From an uncultured delta proteobacterium (GTDB taxonomy: Bacteria; Myxococcota_A; UBA9160; SZUA-336): a stretch of DNA of 64,000 nt. The position numbers and the translations under genes were made by a program. The notes under the pieces were generated by a model, which had not been told where the DNA came from, made no database searches, and was given only the letters and a program-made list of their open reading frames with translations. The stretch's first letter is position 1, and each line of letters begins with the position of its first letter. The DNA lies in assembly GCA_963707945.1 (NCBI GenBank), contig CAVPRM010000002.1:2492340-2556339 (forward strand). The letters run 5' to 3'. Of this stretch, positions 58,307-64,000 are shown in pieces.

Positions 58307-59928
58307 ATGGCGAACCCACGCTTCGGCGTCGGCTTCCGCACGCCCCACCTCGGAGCGCTGCTCGTCGCCGAGCGGCCGCCGGAGTGGCTCGAGCTCGTGA
58401 CCGAGAACTTCCTCGGCAAGGGCGGCGCGCAGCGCACGCTGCTCGCGCGCGTTTGCGAGCGGGCGCCGGTGGCGCTGCACGGCGTCTCTCTGTCGATTGC
58501 GGGCACCGACCCACTCGACCTGGACTACCTGCGCGAGCTGCGCGCGCTCGCGGACGCGGTGCGGCCCGAGTTCGTGAGCGACCACCTGGCGTGGACGGGG
58601 CTCGGCGGCCGCGAGTCGCACGATCTCCTGCCGGTCGCACTGACCCGCGACGTGCTCGACCACGTCGCCGAGCGCGTCGCGCGCGTGCAAGATGCGCTCG
58701 GCCGCCGCATCCTGCTCGAGAACACGACGGTCTACGTGGCGTTCCGCGCCGACGAGATGAGCGAGGCCGAGCTCTTGCGCGCGCTCTGCGAGCGCACCGG
58801 TTGCGGCGTGCTGCTCGACGTGAACAATCTCTACGTGAACTCCGAGAACCTCGGCGTCGACCCGCGCGCGTACCTGGCGGCGCTCCCGCGAGCCGGGGTC
58901 GGCTACATGCACCTGGCCGGCCACGCGCGGCTCGCCGACGTGCGCATCGACACGCACGACGCCGACGTGCCCGACCCGGTGTGGGACCTGTACGCAGCCG
59001 CGGTGCGCCGCTTCCCCGACGCCGGCGCGATCGTCGAGCGCGACGACAAGCTGCCGCCGTTCGCGGATCTGTGTCGCGAGGCGGAGGCCGCGCAGCTGTG
59101 GCACGCGCACGAGCGCCTCCACGCCTGCGAGGAGCCCGTCCGCGGGCCGGCCGCGGCGGGCCTTCGCCCGCACGGCTCGAAATCGTGGCACGACCTGCAG
59201 TGCGCGCTCTGGAGCCGGGTCGTCGACGAACCGGCCGCCGCGGACGTCGAGCCGCTGTTCGCGGACGACCGCCCCGTGCGCGCCGCACGCGGGCTGCGGG
59301 TGTACGGCGACGCCTACGGTGAGAACCTGCGCCGCGCGCTCGCCACGAACTTCCCGGCGCTCGCACGCGTGTTGTCGGCGAGCGAGTTCGCCGACCTCGC
59401 CGCCGCCTACGTGCGCGCGCACCCGCCGCGCGGACGCGACTACGTCGGGCTGGGCGCCGAGCTGACGGGCTTCCTCCAGACGCATCCGCAGCCGAGCGCG
59501 CTGGCCGACCTGGCGGCGCTCGAACAGGCGCAGCTCGAGGTGCAGGACGCGCCGGACGAGACCGTGCTCGTGCACGCCAGAGGACGCTCGCGGCGATCCC
59601 GGCCGAGAAGTGGGCCGGCGCGCGCTTCGTCTTCGCGCGGGCGCTGCGGCTGGTTCGCACGGCCCACGACGTGCTCCCGGTCGTGCGAGGCGAGTCGGCG
59701 GCGCGGCCCCGGCGCGAGGAGGTCTGCTATCGGGTCGAGCGCCGCATCAGCGGCGTGCACGCGGAACGCCTGAACGCGCTGGACGCGGCGCTCCTGGGAG
59801 CGCTCGCGGCGGGCGAGAGCTTCGCCGACGCGTGCGCGTCGCGCGGCGAGCCCGAGTGCGCGCAAGCAGCCGCGGCTCTGCTCCTGCGCGCGAGCTCGCT
59901 CGGCCTTCTCGCTGCCCTGCAGCTCTAG
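58307..59928 (+). CDS. Fused MNIO (DUF692) - DUF2063 RiPP maturase; one base missing near 59580
   Basis: DUF692 hallmarks GVGFRTPH, WLELVTENF, LHGVSLSIAG, VSDHLAW, HDLLPVA, ILLENTTVY, GCGVLLDVNNLYVN, MHLAGH, IDTHD and VERDD. Then DUF2063-like RGLRVYGDAYGENLRRALATNFPAL...FADLAAAYVRAHPP. The tail RTLAAIPAEKWAGARFVFARALRLVRTAHDVLPVVRG...LGLLAALQL* is in the frame of ORF 59671..59928. The span is 3n+2 nt long. Confidence 0.85.
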
Positions 59929-59987
59929 AGCCGACAGATCAGCGCCGGAGGCGTGCCTGCGTCAACGCGACCAGGCGTTCGCTGCGC

Positions 59988-60854
59988 CTAGCGCCTCTGT
60001 GGCTCGCTCTCCAGCTCCCACACGTTGAACGCCGCGTCCAGCCGCGCTGCGCGGCGCTTCAGGATCGCGCGCTGCTCGGGGTGGGTCAGGATGTAGAGCT
60101 CGCGGCGCTCGATCGCGCGAACCACGCGGCGCGCGAGCTCCTCGGGCTGGATGGTGCCGCCGACCAGCGGCGGCGCGTCGCCGCCGGTCTGCGGGATGTC
60201 GGTGCCCGCCGGGTTGCGCAGCTCGGCCGGGCGCATGCGCAGCGAGTTCTCGTTGATGTTGGTCGCGACGACCATGGGGCATAGCACGGAGACGCCGATG
60301 CCCTGGTCGCGCAGCTCGACGAAGAGCGACTCGGTGAGACCGACGACGGCGAACTTCGACGCGCAGTACACGCCGAGCCAGCGCATGCCCACGAGCCCGG
60401 CCATCGACGCGGTGTTCACCACGTGGCCGCCCTGGCCCTGCTCCAGAAGGCGCGGCACGAAGGTCTGCACGCCGTTCACGACGCCCCAGAAGTTCACGTT
60501 CATCGTGAACTCCCAGTCCTTGCGCGTAGCCTTGGCGATCGGCCCGAAGGTGGCGATGCCGGCGTTGTTGCAGACGATGTGGACGGCGCCGAACCGGCGC
60601 ACCGTCGCCTCGGCCAGCGCCTCGACGCTCGCGGGCTTCGACACGTCGGTCGCGACGCCGTGCGCCTGCGCGCCCGACTTCTCGAGCTCGCGCACCGCCG
60701 CGGCAAGCGCGGGCTCGTCGAGATCGGCGAGGACGATCCTGGCGCCGCGCGCCGCGAACGCGCGGGCCATGGCCATGCCGATGCCGCCTGCGCCGCCGGT
60801 GATCACCGCCACACGATCCTTGAAGGGGTCCATGGCCGCGATCATACACGCCAA
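59988..60854 (-). CDS. SDR-family oxidoreductase
   Basis: VAVITGGAGGIGMA, NNAG and YCASKFAV. The start may be the internal ATG at 60833. Confidence 0.85.
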   Translation of the reverse strand: MACMIAAMDPFKDRVAVITGGAGGIGMAMARAFAARGARIVLADLDEPALAAAVRELEKSGAQAHGVATDVSKPASVEALAEATVRRFGAVHIVCNNAGIATFGPIAKATRKDWEFTMNVNFWGVVNGVQTFVPRLLEQGQGGHVVNTASMAGLVGMRWLGVYCASKFAVVGLTESLFVELRDQGIGVSVLCPMVVATNINENSLRMRPAELRNPAGTDIPQTGGDAPPLVGGTIQPEELARRVVRAIERRELYILTHPEQRAILKRRAARLDAAFNVWELESEPQRR

Positions 60855-60883
60855 TCAGAGGATCCGGCGGCGCAGACGACGGC

Positions 60884-60982
60884 TCAAAAGGCGTAGAGGA
60901 CCGTCTTCACCCACGCCAAGGAGAGCGCCCCGAGGCCACAGATCGTCAGCCCGACCATCGCCAGCTCTTCGAGTCGCGCCAT
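60884..60982 (-). CDS. Possible 32-aa single-TM micro-protein
   Basis: Not in the track (<60 aa). AAGGAG lies 7 nt upstream of the ATG. MARLEELAMVGLTICGLGALSLAWVKTVLYAF*. GC3-rich codons. Confidence 0.3.
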   Translation of the reverse strand: MARLEELAMVGLTICGLGALSLAWVKTVLYAF

Positions 60983-61062
60983 CAGAGACTCCTTGCGTCG
61001 CTCGAGTGCGACACCAGGAAGAGTCGGTCCGGCGAGCCCTCGCCCGCCATGAAGCGTTTCAT

Positions 61063-61587
61063 ATGAACCGCTTCACACGGCCGATATACTCGGCCCCGGT
61101 GATCCGCGAGCTGGGCGAGCAGGAGTGGGAGCTTTTGCGCGAGCTCCGCCTGCTCGCGCTGCGCGAATCGCCCGACGCCTTCAGCCCCCTCGCCGAGGAC
61201 GTGGCGCGCGAGCCGGACGACTACTGGCGGCGGGGCGCGCGCATGCTCGCGTCCGGGCACGCGCGCCTGTTCGTGGCCGAGCGGGACGGCGCGGCGGTCG
61301 GCCTCGTCTCTGCGACGGCGGCCGCTGGGACGGGCTACATCGGCGCGATGTGGATCGATCCCGCGGCGCGCGGCGGCGGGCTGGGCCGCGCGCTGCTCGG
61401 GTCGGCGTGCGCGTGGCTGCGCGCGCGCGGCTGCGCGCCGCTCGCGCTGACGGTCACCGAGACGAACGCGGCCGCGATCGCCCTGTACGAGAGCGCGGGC
61501 TTCCAGCTCACGGGCGAGTCCGAGCCGCTGCGCGAGGGCTCGCCGCTGCGCAACCTGAAGATGATCGCTAAAGGCGGAAGCGCGTGA
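61063..61587 (+). CDS. GNAT-family N-acetyltransferase
   Basis: Tail of ORF 60151..61587 from ATG 61063. YIGAMWIDPAARGGGLGRALLGSACAWLRARG...LTVTETNAAAIALYESAGF. Confidence 0.8.
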   Translation: MNRFTRPIYSAPVIRELGEQEWELLRELRLLALRESPDAFSPLAEDVAREPDDYWRRGARMLASGHARLFVAERDGAAVGLVSATAAAGTGYIGAMWIDPAARGGGLGRALLGSACAWLRARGCAPLALTVTETNAAAIALYESAGFQLTGESEPLREGSPLRNLKMIAKGGSA

Positions 61588-62716
61588 CCCGCATGTGCTG
61601 GATCGGCGTCGGCCCGGGGCTGTACTCGTGGTACGCGACGACGACCGCGCCGTCGGGAGCGAGCGCCACCGTCGGGTAGCCGATGTGCCAGTACTCGCGG
61701 AAGTCCGGCGGCGCCGCGCCGCCCTCGCGCACTGCGAACTCGTTGCGCGCGTCCCAGGTGCGGCCGTCCTGCGAGAGGCACGCGCGCACACCCCACGGCG
61801 CGCGCCGGTAGCCGTACACGGCGAGCACGCGGCCGTCGTCGAGCTGCAGCACGTCGGCGGGATAGCCCCAGAGGCCCGTGCGCACCGGTCGGCTCCAGCT
61901 CGCGCCGTCGTCCTCGGACTCGGTGAACCACAGGTTGTCGAAGCGGCCGGGGCGCGCCTGGGTGCGCATCAGGCAGACCAGCCGGCCGTCGCGCAGCCGT
62001 GTCAGGCCGGGCTCGACCCAGTCGAGGATGTTCGCCGGATCGTACGCGAGCGTCGCCCAGTACTCCCAGTTGCGGCCGCGGTCGTCCGAGCGGAGCACGA
62101 AGCAGCGCGGCGTCTCGCCCGCCTGCGACAGCCACTCGCGCGAGAGCGTGCCGTGCAGGGGCAAGAGGAGACCCCCGCCGGGAAGCTCGACGATGTGCCC
62201 CGCGCCGGAGCCGCCCACGATGTACGGGCCCAGACCCGAGTCGCAGATCGGGCTCGTGTTCACCGGCCGCGGCTCGCTCCACGTCCGCCCGCCGTCGCCG
62301 GAGCGGCACAGCGCGTAGCCGGTCTGCCGCTTGAAGCGCTCGGCGCGGCCGGGCGGCGGGCCGCCGATCACCTGGTCGGCGCCGCCGCGCAGGGCGGTCG
62401 CGTCCAGGAAGTGACACACGCGCGTGTGCATCAGGATCTCGCCGTCGGACAGCTCCGCGAACGCGCAGTCCCAGTTGCCCTGCGTCTCGGTGTACGGCCA
62501 CACCACCGTGCGCGTCGCGGGGTCCCAGCTGCGGCCGCCGTCACGCGAGCGGATCAGGCACGACTGGCCGCTGTCGCGGTGGCGCTTGGCTCGCTCCTCG
62601 TTGTAGCCGAGCAGGAGCTCGCCGCTCGCGAGCCGGATCAGGCTGCCCTGGTTGCAGGCGTGCTGCGGGTCGGCGTACGCGAGGATGTGCTCGACGTCCT
62701 TCGGCTGGACGGCCAC
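61568..62716 (-). CDS. BNR-repeat (sialidase-fold) protein
   Basis: Five Asp-box repeats: SRDGGRSW, SGDGGRTW, SDDRGRNW, SEDDGASW and SQDGRTW. Confidence 0.8.
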   Translation of the reverse strand: MAVQPKDVEHILAYADPQHACNQGSLIRLASGELLLGYNEERAKRHRDSGQSCLIRSRDGGRSWDPATRTVVWPYTETQGNWDCAFAELSDGEILMHTRVCHFLDATALRGGADQVIGGPPPGRAERFKRQTGYALCRSGDGGRTWSEPRPVNTSPICDSGLGPYIVGGSGAGHIVELPGGGLLLPLHGTLSREWLSQAGETPRCFVLRSDDRGRNWEYWATLAYDPANILDWVEPGLTRLRDGRLVCLMRTQARPGRFDNLWFTESEDDGASWSRPVRTGLWGYPADVLQLDDGRVLAVYGYRRAPWGVRACLSQDGRTWDARNEFAVREGGAAPPDFREYWHIGYPTVALAPDGAVVVAYHEYSPGPTPIQHMRVTRFRL

Positions 62717-62717
62717 G

Positions 62718-63407
62718 TCAGTGGTCCCGCCCGGAGAGGAGCGCCTCGAGGCGCGCCACGTCGAAGCCGGGCTTCTGGCTCGCCTCGATCAGCACGCGCT
62801 CGCGGCGCGCCACCGCTTCGGCCGCCGCGGCGAGCTCCGCCAGCGCGGATTCGGGCACCACCACTGCGCCGTGCCGGTCGGCGTGGATCCAGTCGCCGGG
62901 CTCGACCCGCATGCCGGCGACGGTGACCGGAATGCCCGCCTCGACCGGGTGCACGTAGGAGTGCGAGGGGCCGACTTTGCCGGCGAGCACCTGGAAGCCG
63001 GTGGCGAGCTGGTCGAGGTCGCGCACGCTGCCGTTCGTGATCACGCCGAGCGAGCCGAGCCCGCGGTGGACGTGACTGTGCACCTCGCCCCACCACGCGC
63101 CGGTGCCGGGGACGGGGTCGAGGTCCTCGATCACCGTGACGGTCGGGTGCGGCGGCGCGCCGACGTGGCGGTAATAGTCGCGCAGCACGCGCGCTTCTTC
63201 GTCGGGCGAGCGCCCGGAAGGCGCGGCGGCGCGGATCGTCGCCGTGCGCGCGCGCGCCAGGATCGGCGGCAGAGCCGGATGCGCGCAGAAAAGCGCGGCC
63301 GTGGTGAAGCCGTGGCCGCGCCGCTCCGGACACACCAGCTCGAGCGCGTTGCAGATCGTCGGCGTGTCGAAGCGGACGAGCGACCGACTCGGATCCGGAT
63401 CGGGCAT
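62718..63407 (-). CDS. RraA-family protein (HMG/CHA-aldolase-like)
   Basis: ATG 63407 after GGGGAGGAA. WWGEVHSHVHRGLGSLGVITNGSVRDLD...VAGMRVEPGDWIHADRHGAVVVP. Confidence 0.8.
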   Translation of the reverse strand: MPDPDPSRSLVRFDTPTICNALELVCPERRGHGFTTAALFCAHPALPPILARARTATIRAAAPSGRSPDEEARVLRDYYRHVGAPPHPTVTVIEDLDPVPGTGAWWGEVHSHVHRGLGSLGVITNGSVRDLDQLATGFQVLAGKVGPSHSYVHPVEAGIPVTVAGMRVEPGDWIHADRHGAVVVPESALAELAAAAEAVARRERVLIEASQKPGFDVARLEALLSGRDH

Positions 63408-63552
63408 CCGGCGTTCCTCCCCGCGCAGCGTACCACCCCGCTGGGTCAGGCTGACACGCGGCCCGCGAGACCGCGCGTCCCACTGCGACCGCCGCGCGCG
63501 CGCTCCGTGCCTCTGGGGTGCATCGGCGCAGGGCACGCCTCTTGCCACACGC

Positions 63553-63568
63553 CTGACGTAGACGTCAG
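63553..63568. promoter_or_regulatory. Perfect 7-bp inverted repeat CTGACGT-ag-ACGTCAG in a divergent promoter region
   Basis: Read directly. It lies between the RraA-like gene start (63407, minus) and the ferritin-like gene start (63591, plus), about 23 nt upstream of the latter's RBS region. Confidence 0.35.
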
Positions 63569-63590
63569 CGCGTCATGGAGGAGGTTCGCG

Positions 63591-64000
63591 ATGTCCGATT
63601 TCCTGTCCGCGTATTCGATCCAGGGCTGGCTCGAGTCGTGCCCGCAGGGCTACCTCGCGGGCACCGAGTACGGTCACGCACCGAACGAGCGCGAGCCCGT
63701 GGCGATCCTCGACAACCCGACCCTGCGCGAAGACGCCATCCGCGGCACAGTGCAGCTCGTGGTCGGCGAGCGCTGTGCGCTGGCGGCGTCGTCGGGCCTC
63801 TGCAATGCCGCGCCCGACCAGGCCAGCGCGCGCTTCCTCGCGACCCAGACGCTCGACGAGGCGCGCCACGTCGAGATCTTCACGCACCGGCTGTTCGACT
63901 TGGGCGTGAAGAAGTCCGAGCTCGAGGACGTGATCAAGGCCTACGCGTCGCCGCACCTGGTCGAGTTCGCGAACGTGCTGCTGGAGAAGGTCGACAAGAA
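63591..64000 (+). CDS. Ferritin-like di-iron protein (partial, runs off the right edge)
   Basis: ATG after GGAGGAGG. MSDFLSAYSIQGWLESCPQGYLAGTEYGH...ERCALAASSGLCNAAPDQASARFLATQTLDEARHVEIFTHRL. Contains an E..(D)EARH carboxylate/His motif. Confidence 0.6.
   Translation, partial: MSDFLSAYSIQGWLESCPQGYLAGTEYGHAPNEREPVAILDNPTLREDAIRGTVQLVVGERCALAASSGLCNAAPDQASARFLATQTLDEARHVEIFTHRLFDLGVKKSELEDVIKAYASPHLVEFANVLLEKVDK

Noticed and set aside
59610-60284. 224-aa plus-strand ORF bridging the maturase 3' end and the SDR gene
   Set aside because: It is out of frame with the conserved DUF2063 tail and antisense to the SDR. Its composition is Arg/Ala-rich.

Overview
Very GC-rich chromosomal segment; third codon positions are almost always G/C, so every frame carries long spurious Arg/Ala/Pro-rich ORFs. 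The host looks Gram-negative: lipoprotein lipoboxes, a PEP-CTERM sorting signal and a sigma-54 activator. I found no rRNA, tRNA, CRISPR, transposase, integrase or phage genes. I call about 60 genes. They include many oxygenases and hydrolases (P450, BVMO, Rieske oxygenase, F420/LLM oxidoreductase, sulfatase, dehalogenase-like and other alpha/beta hydrolases, amidohydrolase, BisC-like molybdoenzyme). Transport genes are CaCA, SulP and MgtA. A glgP-xfp-ackA block encodes a phosphoketolase route. Regulators are Crp/Fnr, AraC x2, a sigma-54 activator and a wHTH-AAA-TPR STAND protein. Main findings: (1) At 58.0-59.9 kb a Sec-exported 4-Cys peptide carrying an EGKCG motif sits directly upstream of a fused MNIO(DUF692)-DUF2063 enzyme. 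This is a bufferin/oxazolin-like RiPP metallophore locus with an off-consensus architecture. (2) A diverged tandem duplication (about 38.9-40.5 kb and 44.4-46.0 kb) has a readable junction, two intact di-haem DUF1111 paralogues and relic fragments of a helicase and an acyl-CoA synthetase. (3) Three paralogous DUF3313-like lipoproteins bracket the CaCA and SulP transporters. (4) Many genes are frame-disrupted: eight with a single indel, plus a pirin and an acyl-CoA synthetase with many. This is either real decay or local assembly error. Coordinates of internal starts come from codon arithmetic on the supplied ORF track. Features absent from the track may be off by 1-3 nt.
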